Shown here: piece by piece, positions 1 through 16,478 of the stretch
Numbering within the stretch: position 1 is the stretch's first letter
How the letters are laid out: each line of letters opens with the position of its first letter
Origin: the human T2T-CHM13v2.0 reference genome, Homo sapiens
Length of the DNA: 64,000 nucleotides
Assembly: GCF_009914755.1 (NCBI RefSeq)
Contig: NC_060925.1
Strand: one strand, 5' to 3'
The notes under the pieces: model-generated
What the model was told of the DNA's origin: nothing
The model's input: only the letters and a program-made list of their open reading frames with translations
Databases searched by the model: none
Program-made: the position numbers and the translations under genes

Positions 1-83
1 TTTATTTTGCCTCCTCCCATGTTACCTTGTAGCAGCAACTGACAGTTGTAAGGAATGTTCTGGTTTACAAAGTGCTTTTACTA

Positions 84-371
84 CTCTTTTTTTTTTTGAG
101 ATGGAGTCTCGCTCTGTCACCTAGGCTGGAGTACAATGGCGTGATCTCGGCTTACTGCAACCTCCGCCTCCCAGGTTCAAGTGATTCTCCTTCCTCAGCC
201 TCCTGAGTAGCTGGGATTACAGGCACACACCATCACGCCCAGCTAATTTTTGTAGAGACAGGGTTTCGCCATTGTTGGCCAGGCTGGTCTTGAACTCCTG
301 ACCTCAGGTGATCTTTCCGCCTCAGCCTCCCAAAGTGCTGGGATTACATGCGTGAGCCACCGTGCCCGGCC
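84..371 (-). mobile_element. Alu (AluS-type), antisense, shortened A-rich linker
   Basis: polyT, then gagatggagtctcgctctgtc...gagccaccgtgcccggcc. Confidence 0.95.
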
Positions 372-475
372 TACTCTGGTCATTTTTGAGCCCTGTAACA
401 ACCTTGGAATGTGAGTATTGGCTCCAAAAGGTGAAATGACTTGGCCAAGAAGCACAGCTTGAAATGGCAGAGCAG

Positions 476-763
476 GGCCGGGTGGGGTGGCTCATGCCTG
501 TAATCCTAGCACTTTGGGAGGCTGAGGTGGCAGATTGCTTGAGCTCAGGAGTTAGAGACCAGCCTGGGCAACATGGCAAAACCCCATCTCTACTAAGAAA
601 ATACAAAAATTAGCCAGGTGCGGTGGTGCATGCCCATGGTCTCAGCTATTCAGGAGGCTGAGGCAGGAGGATTGTTTGAGCCTGGGAGGCGGAGGTTGCA
701 GTGAGCCAAGACTGTTCCAAAGCACTCTAGCCTAGGTGACAGAACAAGACTTTTGTCTTTAAA

Positions 764-765
<2 letters not shown>
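476..765 (+). mobile_element. Alu (older, AluJ/S-type)
   Basis: ggccgggtggggtggctcatgcctgtaatcc...gacagaacaagacttttgtcttt aaaaa. Confidence 0.93.

Positions 766-815
<50 letters not shown>
764..815 (+). repeat. (AAGC)13 microsatellite at the Alu tail
   Basis: Perfect aagc units counted directly. Confidence 0.95.
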
Positions 816-817
<2 letters not shown>

Positions 818-2138
818 AGCTGAGACTCAAAAACAGGTCTCCCAGCTCCAGTCACAGGGTCTATCCTTCTGCCTGACACTGCCTGAGCACTTAGCAAATA
901 TACTGTTAGTAAGTTAGGCAAAGAACAAGTCAGTTTGAATTGGGGCTAGACACTTTCTAAAAAATGCTCTCCTGGGAAAGTAGATGATAATGAAGACATC
1001 TGTGCCTGGATCCATGTTAAAGCAATTGGCAGCATTAAGTACATTGACCATCCTCAGTAACCTTGACACCACCTTAGACTTCTCACTCACTCTTTTGATA
1101 CCCTTGCAAAATCTGCTGGGGCAGGTCATATTCCACACATTCTACAGATAGCACCCAAGGGAGGAAGTCATTTAGTGTGAGCTGAGAGTTGAAAAAGAGA
1201 TAAGAAGGAGGCCAAGTACAGACAGAAGAAAGGGGTTTAGGAAACAGAAGGCTGTCTGAAGGTCACTCGGCTTCTAGAGTGCAGAGTTGCCTGCCTCTGG
1301 GAAGAGGGCATGAGGTAGACCATCACTGAGAGACCCAAGCTTCCCTGACCTTGAGAACAATTCCCTCTCCACAGGGGTGCCCAGAGGACACAGTGCAAGC
1401 TGCTGGCTCTGAGACAAACTGAGAAGGGTGAGAAAGTTCCAGCAATCAATCCCAGCTCCAATGGGGTGTGAGTTTCCCAACTGAGCTCTGTAGTTGAGTT
1501 CCCATCAATCCCTCATTCCCCTCAACCCCCCTCCCCTGCCACTGCTGCCTGCCTGGCTTTCCATATATCATCCCCCTCTGCTCACTCACCACAGGCGAGT
1601 ACAAAATGCACGCAGGATGGATGGAGAGCTTCAGTCTGTGCAGGCAACACACAATTCTCTATGCAGCTGCAGGGGCCAGGCACAGATAATCCAGCGCAAC
1701 AGATAATCCAGCATTTGTTTCCAGGGGTCATGAGCCAGGGAAATTCTCAGCTTTCAACATCAAACAAGGAAAACATCTGAAGTCCAGGCATCTGGGAAGG
1801 CTTTCCTCTCTTGCCCCATAGAGGTCTTATCTAATGGCATGCTGGGAACAGCTAGTCTCATCCAAGGAATCTTTACTAGAGGCAGACAATAATAAAAATC
1901 CTTGTCTTTTTCAGATATTTTTCAGTTGGGTTGCCTTGGACTGAAGTGCAAAGAAAATTTGGAACAAAGAGATAGAAGGAATGCTGCTACTGATACCCTG
2001 TGTGACCTTGGGGAAGTCACTTCACCTGGGTTGGAGCCTTTTTCCTCAGGTGCAAAGTAAAAGTAAAAACTTATTGCAGGGGCTCCCAAATCAGGCTGAG
2101 TTTCAGAATTACCTGGAGAGTTAAAGAAAAGAAAAATA

Positions 2139-2211
2139 TTAAGTTGGTGGAAAAGTAATTGCATTTTTGACATAAATGGCAAAAACTGTAATTACTTTTG
2201 CACCAGCCTAA
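2139..2211. mobile_element. MADE1 (Hsmar1-derived mariner MITE) inserted in a MER5-like element
   Basis: ttaagttggtggaaaagtaattgc...gtaattacttttgcaccagcctaa near-palindrome with TA on both sides; flanks (~2075-2320) resemble MER5A. Confidence 0.85.
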
Positions 2212-3019
2212 TATTTTCTCAGGCCCCACCCCAGGCCAACAGAATCTATATCTCAATGGTGAAGCTCAAGAATGGACAGCTCTGACAAGTGCATCAGGTG
2301 TTTCTGATGCCCAGTCGGGTAGGAAAATGACAAGGTTACATGGATTTGGTCTCTTTAAACTATAAACAGTTATGTTTAATGAGTTGCCAAGGAACTAAAT
2401 ACATAGACATCTGTAACCAGGAATAACTTTGTCTCAGATAAGCCATCTACGAATAATCAGGCAGGCCTGCACCTTGGCCCAAAACTCCAGACGTTACCTG
2501 GTTTCCGACCTAGATGTTAGCTGCCAGGCTTTGGGTCTGCCTGCTCACCTGCCCACCTCCCAGATTCCTGATGCCTGTCCCCTGGTCTGGTATGATTACC
2601 ACTGCTCAAGCCTCTCTAAATTCCCGGAAGAGATTTTCTGAAAACAAAACATGGTGTAGAAAAATAGTACAAAAGAAACATGTTCTAGAAATGAAAGGTC
2701 TATGTTCTAGGAGAAGATTTATGTTCCAGAAACAGAAATTCCTCCTCCTCTGTATAGATGTGCATCTTGAAAAGGTACTTAACCAGCTACTGTTTTGCAC
2801 TTTCATTATAGTGCTAAGCACTCTGTGTTTGCTACATCATTTAATCCTTTCTTATATTTTGAGATAGGGCCATTATTATTTTATTTACAGATGAGAACAC
2901 AAAGGCTCAGAGAGATTGAATAACTTGTCTAAGGCCAGACAGTGAACGAAAGGCAGAACTGGGATTCTAATTTAGTCCTGACTCTTCACATCTATGATGG
3001 TGTTTCCCCAGTGTCCTCA

Positions 3020-3345
<326 letters not shown>

Positions 3346-4756
3346 AAAGAAAAAAAGGAATAATATTACTTTTTAAGGTATTGTTCAAAGATCAAATGAA
3401 AGAAACTTAGGCATCTCAGGGAGTCTTCTGGGGGTCACACAACAAGTGAGATTCAGCAAAATACCTCTCTGCTCCCTCTCTTCCCCTGCAAAATTAGTGC
3501 CAAAATGTAAGATATGTCTGCTACTTCTTACCTGACCAGAGGCAAGGTCAAAATGGGAGATTGAATGTGGGTTGAAGAAATGAGAGTGCAAGATGGGGAT
3601 CCATACCATATTGTGAGTGTGGGAACAATAGCAGTAACAAACATGATGTGGGGTCACAGTGGACCACATATCAAGCAGGACCCAGTAGTGATTGTTTCAA
3701 ACCATGGCAAATATTTTTTGGGTAAATGAAGATCTTGAGAGGATACCACTAAGCTATGGTTACTGCCATGGCAGATGTAGAAGGGGACCAAGGTAACGTG
3801 AATATCACATCTGTTAGGAGGGACATGGGTTCTGGGCAATACAGTGAAGATTCAAGTCCAGATGTGATGGGAGCACTGGACTGAAACCAGCCAGATGAAA
3901 TGGGGCTATGTGTGGCGGTCCAAAGGACTAAAGTTCTAGGCAGGAAAAGCAATGTTTGACAACAGATTATGGGAAGATAGCAAGGTGGGAGTAAGGACGA
4001 GGGCCAGGAAAGGTGGAGTCAGTGAGATGACTTTAGTAAGTGGCTATGGGGGGAAATGACTTCCAGGTGGGCCATGCCAACTCCCAAGGGATGGCCACCC
4101 AGAATCCACTCTGATTACCCCACAAGGGCATCTTGGGCTCAACTCCAGGCCCCAACTGTGAGGCAGACACTGGTGACACTGGCTAGTCTGTCCAGATGCA
4201 GGTGAGCCAGAGGGTGAGGGGCTGGGGTTTTGGGTAATATAACTAAAGACAGACGGTTCTGCTGAAGAGATGCCAAAGCAACTTGAGAGTTATCTTTGCT
4301 TATCAGCAGGAGAGGTGGTTAGGTAGAAAAGTGAAGACTCTCCTGGGAGTTTCCATCTACAGCAGGCAGAAGGAGGTGAGGGTAGTGAGAAGAGGCCAGA
4401 TTTTGGCTAGGGGTGGGGAAGAACTGGCTCACCCAGAGCTGCCTCAGCATGGTGCAGGTCAGTTAGCAGGTAGAGAGTTCCCAGTCCCCAGGAAGATTTT
4501 AAACAGTTGTCCAATGGCTTAGTGGTGCTGTAGGGAGGCCTACAATGGTGGGCGGGAGAATTAGACTAGACCAGGTTTTTTTTTTTCAGTCTTTCTTGAA
4601 AACTGTTTTTTCAGATGACAGCTTATGAGAAGCCCAGTAAATAAAACACAGATTCTCTGGTTGAGTTGGGGGTCAGAATCCCAAGGTCCCCATCTCTGGA
4701 CTTTGGGGATTTCTTGAAGCACAGTTTGAAAACTGGTGACTGGATAGTCTGTAAGG

Positions 4757-5635
<879 letters not shown>

Positions 5636-6861
5636 GGTCTTTTTTAATGTTAAGGTTTGGCAAGGCAAGACAAGAACTTGAAAGTGCCAGCCTGGTACTT
5701 AAAATAATTGTTTTGCTCCAAAAGTTTGTTCACATCATCATCTCTCAGTTCTTTCTGCTTACAAACCCTGGACCTGACTGCCTTCTCTGTTGGTCCCTTG
5801 GCTTGGTTTTCCATATGTAGCCTCTGCAATAAGAGCAAGCAAAATGACCACTGTCTTGGGCTGGGACATAACCACAATGTGTTTGCCAGAGCTGGATCTC
5901 ACTGTGCAAGCGATGTTTGTAGGCTCAGGTGGTCTGAGTTTAGTGGTCACTCAAACGGAGTTTGTTCAGCATCCACAGAGTATCTTATCCCTCTGCCGGG
6001 TTTCGTGCTGGACACTTGGAATATAATGTCCAGTAAGATATGATCCCAGTCTCCAAGGGCTATTCATTCTGGTGGGGAAGCCAGCCTTGCAGGGGGGCCA
6101 TGTGGAGGGGAATAGGTCTCAGGGAAGGCTTCTCATAGGGATACTACAGTGAAGCTTTGAATTAACTTAAGGAGGAATGGGCATTTGAAGCAGGCAAATG
6201 TATTAGAAAAGAGCAGAACAGAGGTAGGAAGAGCACAATGTGTTTAGGGAACTGCAAGTTATCCAGAATGGCTGGAGCCAAAGGAGTAGGTAGGAGAGGC
6301 ACAAAATGAGCCTGGAAAAGACACCATGCACTGGATCCTGAAGCTCCTGTGAGCTGATCTAAAAGGACTTTGTCCAGAAAGCCCTAGGGAACCTGTAATG
6401 ATTCTTAAGTGGTTTGAACCAATTTTTCTTGTAGATATTCCAGTTCCTAAAGCCTGAAGAGCGTAGAAGTAGCCCTGTTCAAGTGAATGTGAAGAATGAG
6501 CCTGCTCAGTGGACATTACAAATGATCCTATTAAGTGTGGAGCATGGACACACTTATTATTATTCCTGGGTTGGCTCCTGATGCAGACAGCAACCTTGAA
6601 GTCATCTCTTCCCTTTCTGTGCTCCTACTCTCCCTTTTAGCAGAACAAGGATAAAGATGTTGTTATCAACCTGTCACATCAGAAGAATTGACAAGACCAA
6701 AGTTCTCCGAAGGAAGTCTTCCCTAGTTAGAACATGATGTCTTGCAAAATTGTCTGGAGGAATCAGAGGTATATAATGCATGCATTTTGTTCTTTAGTTA
6801 CCAGCAAGAAAATTGGGAGACATGTTTCTCAGGGCTGGTTCCAGAGCCAACCATGACTTAC

Positions 6862-7162
6862 TTTTTTTTTTTTTTTTTTTTGAGACAGGGTCTCATTCTG
6901 TCACCCAGGCTGGAGTGCAGTGGCACAATCTGGGCTCACAGCAACCTCCACCTCCCAGGTTCAAGTGATTCTCGTACCTCAGCCTGAGTAGCTGGGATTA
7001 CAGGTGTGTGCCACCACATCCAGCTAATTTTTGTATTTTTAGTAGAGAGGGGGTTTCGTTATGTTGAGCAGGCTGGTCTCTAACTCCTGGTCTCAAGCGA
7101 TCGGCCCACCTTGGCCTCCCAAAGTGTTGGGATTACAGGCATGAGCCACTGTGCCTGGCTGG
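6862..7162 (-). mobile_element. Alu
   Basis: T20, then gagacagggtctc...gccactgtgcctggc. Confidence 0.95.
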
Positions 7163-7352
7163 TTGCTCTCTTTTCTGAGCTGGAGTTGGGGCATGAGGGT
7201 ACAAGGAGAGAGCAGCACATGTCACTGACCAGCAGGTTCCTGCCAACCTCATAGGGTTGGTAGGATTGAGATAATCCATGTAAGGGCTTAGCACAGTGCC
7301 TGGTATATGGTTAGCCCTTAGTAAATGTTAGTGGTTATTGTTAATGTGTATA

Positions 7353-8803
<1,451 letters not shown>

Positions 8804-10244
8804 GTAGCTTGGGAGGCCAGCACTGAACCCACAGTACCTCTTGTCTATTGCAAGAAACATATAGCCTTTGAGACTTTAACACTGTCTACCTGTTATTCCC
8901 CATTAAGCCATAAGTGCTTCATGGGTGGGTACCAGAGCCTGGCAAGCTTTGCATCCTCCATAGCATGCGGGGGGAGTTCCTTAACTCTCTTTGCCCCTTC
9001 TGAGACGGCATTGATCAGTTTGTCTTGTATTGTAATCATTCATGTCAGGTCATGCCGCTGAACTGTAGGCTCCTAAAGGGTAGATACTGAATCTTTATAT
9101 TTGTCCAGAAACAAGCATTCCTAGCTTGGCTCTGCTCCGGGGCGTTAACACTTGCTGTTCTCTTTACCTGGTTCTCTTTCCCCAGCTCATGTATCAGCTG
9201 CCACTGCTGCAGAGATGCCTCTCCTGACCATTAAGTTATTGCCTCCACTCCATAGTCTAAAATATTATTTTTAAATTTTCATAGCACTACCAGTATGTAA
9301 AATAATTTTATTGATTTACTTGTCTTCTTTACAAGAATATAAACTACATGAGAACAGGAGCCTTATTTGCCATGTTCATTGCTATATTATCCAGTTTTTT
9401 ATAACAGTGCTTGGCAAAAAGGTGCTCAATAAGTGTGAATGAATGCTGACTCAATGCCAAATCAAATGACTAGGAAGTGGGCATTAGTACCTCTTCTCCA
9501 AGACTGAACAAAAGGTCAGTATGGAGAGTGCAAAGCAAAACATGTGGCTCCAGCTTCCAAACTGGTTGGAGAAGAAAGAAGTACCAGTATGAACATCCGA
9601 GAACTAGACAAAGCAAACTATAATCAGGTGTAGGTGTGAGGCACTGAATCAGAGGCAAGAGAGAAACAGGCAGTGGCTAAAACAGAGCTTGCGAGCAGGA
9701 ATCATACTCTACTCATCTTTCTGTGTCCAGCACTTAACATAGTGGCTGCAGAATAGATGCTCTGTGAGCAGCTGTTAAGTTGTACTGTGTAATGGTCCAC
9801 CAAGGTAATGCCAGTGGATTAGGTGAGGTACAGAGAACTGTGTATAACTTGGTATCTTGGTTTGCAAATATTTCTACTCAACAAATTCTCGATCTATGTG
9901 TATTAAGAGATTCTTTTAAATCTAGAGTATTTACATGCAGGTACATACACAAGACAATGTTTTGGTTGAAATCCATATTACCTATTTATTCAACAAAAAA
10001 CTGAGTATCTTCTATGGTCCAGGCCATGTCCTTGGCACTGCGAACAGAGATAAGTCCTGGCCCTCAAGGAGCTCACAGTCTAGTGGGGGAAAAAAGACAC
10101 AAGAATAAATAAATATAATGTATTTGGAGTTTGCAAAGGGGGCCACTATGGGAGACAAAGAACAGAGGAACCTAAATATCCTATAGTTAGCATCCACAGG
10201 AAAGAAAGACCTGGCAATGTACATTTTTGTAAAGAATAGATAAG

Positions 10245-10447
10245 GCAGTGGTTCTCAAAGTGTGGCTGGCTAATTACCTACATCAGAATCATTTGGAGCA
10301 CATATTAACAAGTAGATTCCCAGTACCTTCTGCACATATTCTTGATTTAGTACGTGTGTGGGGGGGTGGTGTACGGTTGAGGCCTGAGAATCTGCATTTT
10401 AAAAGCACTTTAGGTGATGCTACTGCATCTTAAAGTTTCAGAACTGA
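10245..10447. mobile_element. MER5-type hAT MITE
   Basis: cagtggttctcaaagtgtgg...gaatctgcattttaaaagcac...aaagtttcagaactg. Confidence 0.7.
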
Positions 10448-11554
10448 TGAGATAAAGTTTGTTCTTTTAACTGGAATAAAGAATGATCTACACATCTGAA
10501 ATGCTAACTTGTATTAGTCTTTAATGAGGGGCAAGGGAAGTAGAGAAAAGGATGGTAGTTGATATTTTCTACTATAGTGAAGTTAATTTAATTCTCACAA
10601 TAATCCTATGAGGTAGATATTATTATCCCTATTTTAGATGGAAAAAAAAACCCCAAAATTAGATAGTTTAAGCAATTTGTTCAACAGTATAGAGCTAATG
10701 AATAGCAACACTAACATATGAACCCAGATTCACTTAACTCTAAAGCCTGTCCACTTTCTATAACACCATGCTAGCACCAGGGGACAAATTTACTGATTAA
10801 ATGGTACAATTTTCTTTGAGTTCTTTGCCAGATCTTTCTAGGTAAATAAATATAAAGAACAGCTACGTGGTACTTTAGTCATGCCCCACACATTTATACA
10901 TGGACACATCCTACTTGGCAGTTGGGGACTGAGGACAAATCCAGGAGGAATGATTAAAACGAATGGCCACTTCTTACTCCTTTTTCCATCATTTCCTCAC
11001 CCGCTGGTGGAGGTGTATCAATGTACTATGTATGGCTAATAACTGGGCCCATCTGGAAAGACAAGCAAACATAACTGGATACCAATAAAAACAACCCCAT
11101 CTGATGTCAAAAATTCTTGGGACCCAAAACATTCAGAAGGTCAGAAGGCATTTAATGAAAATGGCAGGGCAGATAAGACTCAAGTTTCTCAAAAGATAAA
11201 CTGCCAGGACCAGAAGCAGGTCCAGAATTTACATTAGTTAACAGCTCAACCTTTAGAGAAATAGTGAAAGGACAGCAGCTTCCCCAGTTTAAAAAAATAC
11301 TATCTGTCTCTCTCAATACATAGACTCAAAGGTGCAACAAAATAGACACGGCTCAGAGAATAGTGGGATGTCCACCCTATTTAAAGAGCTTAGGGACAGG
11401 CCCAACCTATAAAAATTCTTCTGGAAGGAAGAAAACACACACACACAAACTGCGAATACTGCTTAAATTCCCACTCACCACATTCAGTGTCATATAACCA
11501 GATCTTAGGCAGGAGCAGCAGAGTGGAGCATGTTAGATCAATAAAGAAATGTCA

Positions 11555-11855
11555 GGCCAGGCACGGTGGCTCACACCTGTAATCCCAGCACTTTGGGAGG
11601 TCAAGGTGGTGGATCACTTGAGGCCAGGAGTTCGAGACCAGCCAGCCTGGCCAACAAAGTGAAACCCTGTCTCTACAACAATACAAAAATAAGCCAGGTA
11701 TGGTGGCATGCGCCTGTAATCCTAGCTCCTCAGGAGGCTGACGCAGCAGAATCACTTGAACCAGGGAGGTAGAGGTTGCAGCGAGCTGAGATCACGCTAC
11801 TGTACTCCAGCCTGGGCAAGACAGAGCAAGACTTCATCTCAGGAAAAAAAGAAAG
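11555..11855 (+). mobile_element. Alu (AluS)
   Basis: Full dimer; aaagaaatgtca / aaagaaatgcca TSD-like flanks. Confidence 0.95.
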
Positions 11856-12286
11856 AGAAAGAAATGCCATGGTAAAGGCAGCTGACAACAATACTGGGGG
11901 CCTTGGGTTCAGAAGGCTGGTGTGTAACCACCGTCCTTTCCTATCACTGAGCTTGGAGCCACAACAGTGACACTACAAACGAAAGATGGGTTTCCAGCTC
12001 TGGAGAACAACTTTCTTATTTCTGGCATTCCAAACAATTTTTCAGTCCCAAGATGAGTTTTGATAAAATCAGCCCATAGCCCTGACACAATGGACAGTAC
12101 ATAACTCAGATTTCATTATTTTGTATAACAAACATTGTAAGCCAGACTTAAAAAAAAAATTATTGCTATATTTTCCCCACATCCAATCTGGGAACATTTG
12201 CTTTCATCCACTTTTTCGTATCATGTTTAGAGTTGTTTTTAAAAAAATCATGCAAACCAGGATTAATCTTCTCCTTACAAAAGAAT

Positions 12287-12292
12287 TTTATT
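12287..12292 (-). terminator. ATPAF1: Probable ATPAF1 polyadenylation signal (AATAAA), giving a ~730-nt 3'UTR
   Basis: tttatt on plus = first canonical AATAAA I found on minus downstream of the stop at 13000; U-rich tracts follow. Confidence 0.65.
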
Positions 12293-12999
12293 TATACTGC
12301 ACTGATTCATTCCTTCAAACACATAGCTTCTAACAGGTGGAGTTAGAAAAGCGGGTGCCACAAACTATGGTTTAATAGTATGCAGGCCCTGTACCTGTTT
12401 ATCTAACTATACCTGAAATTTGCTGATACCCCAAGCCAGCTACTTACACTAAAGGCATCTCTGGGGGGCATCATCTAGATGAAGTCTTTAACCTGATGGG
12501 AATATCTGGTTATTCTACAGTTTAAACAGGATGTTTGGCTTATGCTTTTGTTCAGCTGACTGGTGCATGGGAAGGATTAAAGCCCATATCTAACTACAGC
12601 AGGTCTTCAAGCTTATTATCCTGTCATGAGTTCATAAAGATGACAAACTCATCATTTGGGAGCTATAAGGTCAAAGTGGCCAGAATGCAACTGCGCTGTT
12701 ACACTGTGCAAAATCAAGTCAACTGTCTTGTAGGTCCTTGGCTGTCTCTTGTTATAACCTCGAACACTTAAAAAAGGAAACCTCAAGTATGCTGAGATAA
12801 TTATCAGAATGTTCAGGTACCTTTGTTCCTGAATATCAAGTAATAGGGCTCATCTCTGTGACTGCTTGCGACAAGCACATAGGGCAACTCATTACCAACT
12901 GCTCATTATAAATGCTGAGCTCTTGAGTTCCTGAGGAGGGGGTGGGCTCTAGACTATCGAGGGCTGAGTCAACTAGGTGAAGGGCCAACCTGTACAGTT

Positions 13000-13194
13000 C
13001 TAAGTCTTATTTTGGTTCTGGGCACATTTCAGTTCTGCTCCAAGTCCGCTTTGCTCCAATTCAGCGATGACAGACATATATTTGAACTCATTTGGTCTGA
13101 GGTTAAAGGTCTCCACTAACCCGTAGGTCTCTTTCCGATCAGTAGCGTAGAAGAGCTGAACTTGGTTGGCGATGCACTGTGCCTCAGCAACATT
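13000..13194 (-). CDS. ATPAF1: ATPAF1 exon 9 coding part (NVAEAQCIANQVQLFY...QNQNKT*)
   Basis: ttacag acceptor, 195 nt ending in TAG; ATP11-family C-terminus. Confidence 0.97.
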   Translation of the reverse strand, partial: NVAEAQCIANQVQLFYATDRKETYGLVETFNLRPNEFKYMSVIAELEQSGLGAELKCAQNQNKT

Positions 13195-13731
13195 CTGTAA
13201 GGTAAAAAGAATAATGAGGTCCTTTCTTGCACAGGGCCACAAAGCTCTTGTCTGAATTGTGTGGTGGGTGGGGGCCCTCGCCCAGGAGTCACCACTTCCA
13301 GAAAGTTTCCTTAACTTCTTGAAGTCCCTAGTCTTGGTTAGGTGCCCCTTCTCTGTGTACCAAATCATCCTGTGCTTACCACTGTCATAGTATTTATCAC
13401 ACTGTATTGTATTTTTCCTTTTCTTTTTTTGTCTATTTTCCCTAGTACAAATTCCTCAAAGACATAGACCGTGGTTTGTTTTATATCTCTGCAGAGTGAC
13501 ATCTGGTGAATGTTTACTGAATAAATTAATGTACATGTTCACATTATTCCTCTTCATCCAGTTCCCTAATAACTGTTAAATATATTTCAAGGGGGGAATA
13601 AGACAGCAATAGTTACCCAGCTCTAAGAACCAGTTTGTGAGTGAGAACTAAGTTCTTGACTAACCAGATATACACTTGAATAAAACCTGTTATGATACTA
13701 CCTTGGTCAGAAAAGTACTCCCAGAGCCAGC

Positions 13732-14353
13732 TGTGATGGTTTTAAAATTTGCCCACAAATTTTAAGATATTCCTCCCTTTGATGGAGCCTAATTTCCCTT
13801 TCCTTGGGTAATGGCTATACTCAGTGACTTCCTTCTAACAAGTAGACTATGACAAAATGGTTGGGGGCATTGGTGTGAGCCTGTAGTCCCAGCTACTCAG
13901 GAGGCTGAGGTAGGAGGATTGCTTGAGCCTGTCTGGGTAATGTAGTGAGCCCCTTAAAAAAAAAAAAAGACTATGAAAAAATGAAAAATGATGGAGAATG
14001 AGTTCTGCTATCAAGCCATAAAGGTTGTAACTTTTCTCTTGCTAATTTTCTTGCTCTGGGAAAAGTCAGTTGCCATGTAGTGAGGACATTCATGCAGCCC
14101 TATGGAGAAACACGACAAAGACATGAGGCCTCTGCCAAGAGCCATGTGAGTGGGGCTGGATGCAGACGCTCAAGCCCAATCAACCTTCGGATGACTATAC
14201 CCCTAGATAACATCTTGACAGCAACCTTGTGAGACCCTGAGCCAGAACCACTCAGCTAAGCTGCTACTACAGAAACTGCGAGGTAATAAATGTTTGTTGT
14301 TTTAAGCCACTAGATTTTGTATAATTTGTTATGCAGCCATTTATAACTAATAC
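13732..14353 (+). mobile_element. MLT1-type MaLR LTR with a partial Alu inserted (~13857-13968)
   Basis: tgtgatggttttaaaa start; aataaatgtttgttgttttaagccactag...aactaataca end. Confidence 0.75.
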
Positions 14354-14449
14354 ATCAGCAAAGGCCCAGGGAAGAGAAGGGCAGTAGCAGAGAAATGGTG
14401 AGCAATAGCAGAGAAATGGTGAGCAGGCCACCCTACATGACAGAGGCAG

Positions 14450-14625
<176 letters not shown>

Positions 14626-15560
14626 ACAGAGATGGGGGTTAGAACACGGGCTACACTCTCAAACTTTGCAAAAGAGTCACCTCAGACAACTCTTACTTTT
14701 GCTATACATTCTGCAGTTCTAGTTGGTCAGAGGTACTTGTCCATTATCACCATGTTCATATAGCCAAAATTAAACCCCAAAAGGTCATGGAAAATTCCCA
14801 CTAAAAACTTACTGCCAAAAGTGTGCTATGTCTAGCTAGAGAATGATGAAGACGGGTTTATAAATAACATGGGCTGTGCTCCATCTCTATTCCCTCTGTG
14901 GGACTTTCAGGACATTTCTCATGAGCAGGCACTAATCTCTGAGACTGCATCTTCAATCAAAAACCTTTTCCCAAAAAGCTGGCTACTTCAAATTAATAGA
15001 ATTTTAGAGCTAGAAGGGACCTCAGAGATCACCCAGTTCTCATTTAATAGGCTAGGAAACCAAGGCAGATGAGGTTCAGGGATGGGCTCAAGGTCAAGTG
15101 GCCAGCCAAGGTCACAGCCAGGACTAGACCTCTAGACTCCCTGGCTGGTATTCCCCCCAATTCATCCTGCTGTTTCTGGTAGGGCAAGATAATTAAGATT
15201 GATGAAGGCCAATAACTACTTCATCCATTTTACCTTTCTTAAATTCACACATGCCTCAAGAGCAAATCATTTCTGAAGCAAGTGCACTGCTATAATCTGA
15301 GGATACCACCACTCTCTCAGCCCCTGGCTACAGGGCCTCTGACATCAACTTTTATCTGAAGCTTGGGGTGGGAAGGTAGGAGTAAGTTCAGCTGTGTTCA
15401 CACTACAACACTGCTGTTCAAACTATTCTGTAGAGTCATAGGGGCTCTGTGGAGGTGCCTCAGGTCCCTTCACCTGTTTTAGCTGTCATATCCTGGGGTT
15501 TTACATAGTAAGATTTTGTTTGGATAAAGGGGTCCTCCTACTACTTTAAAAAGAAGTTTG

Positions 15561-15920
<360 letters not shown>

Positions 15921-16447
15921 CTACCTCTCATGGAGGGTTATAGAAAGGCAACCCCCACCAGCCCTTATTCTCCCCCTGCCTTTTATTCTCTTGGCTTTCA
16001 ACATGAAGCAACAGTCTCCTCCTTTTCCAAGACCCAATAAGATAAACATACTAATTCCCTGTGCTGCTCAATAAAGAGGTATTTTAACAAGTTTGATTCC
16101 TCCCTCTCTTTCAATTTTCAAATCTACAATCAACGCACCAAGTCCTGACTATTTTATTCCCTACATATTCCTGGGGTCATTCTCTTTCCTCCATCTCTAT
16201 ACCACTGCTGTAGTTCAAGTTTTCACCACTTCTTGTGCAGACTATTGCAACTGACTTCTAAATTATCATACTGACTAGACTTGAACTACACAATGTTTAG
16301 GAAGCAAATAATTAAAGTTAATAATTAATAGGCTAGGTCTTAAAATCCATCTCTTTATGGGTTCTTCTCTGTTCAAACCCTTTAATGACTCTTTTCATGC
16401 CCTCAGGGTAAAGCCAAATCTCTAAACAAAAACCACCAAACCTTACA

Positions 16448-16478
16448 TATACACACATACACACACACACACACACAC
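16448..16478 (+). repeat. Interrupted (CA)n microsatellite
   Basis: tatacacacatacacacacacacacacaca. Confidence 0.85.

Noticed and set aside
13195-13368. N-terminal part of the 122-aa ORF preceding NVAEAQ
   Set aside because: Intronic open frame upstream of the exon 9 acceptor
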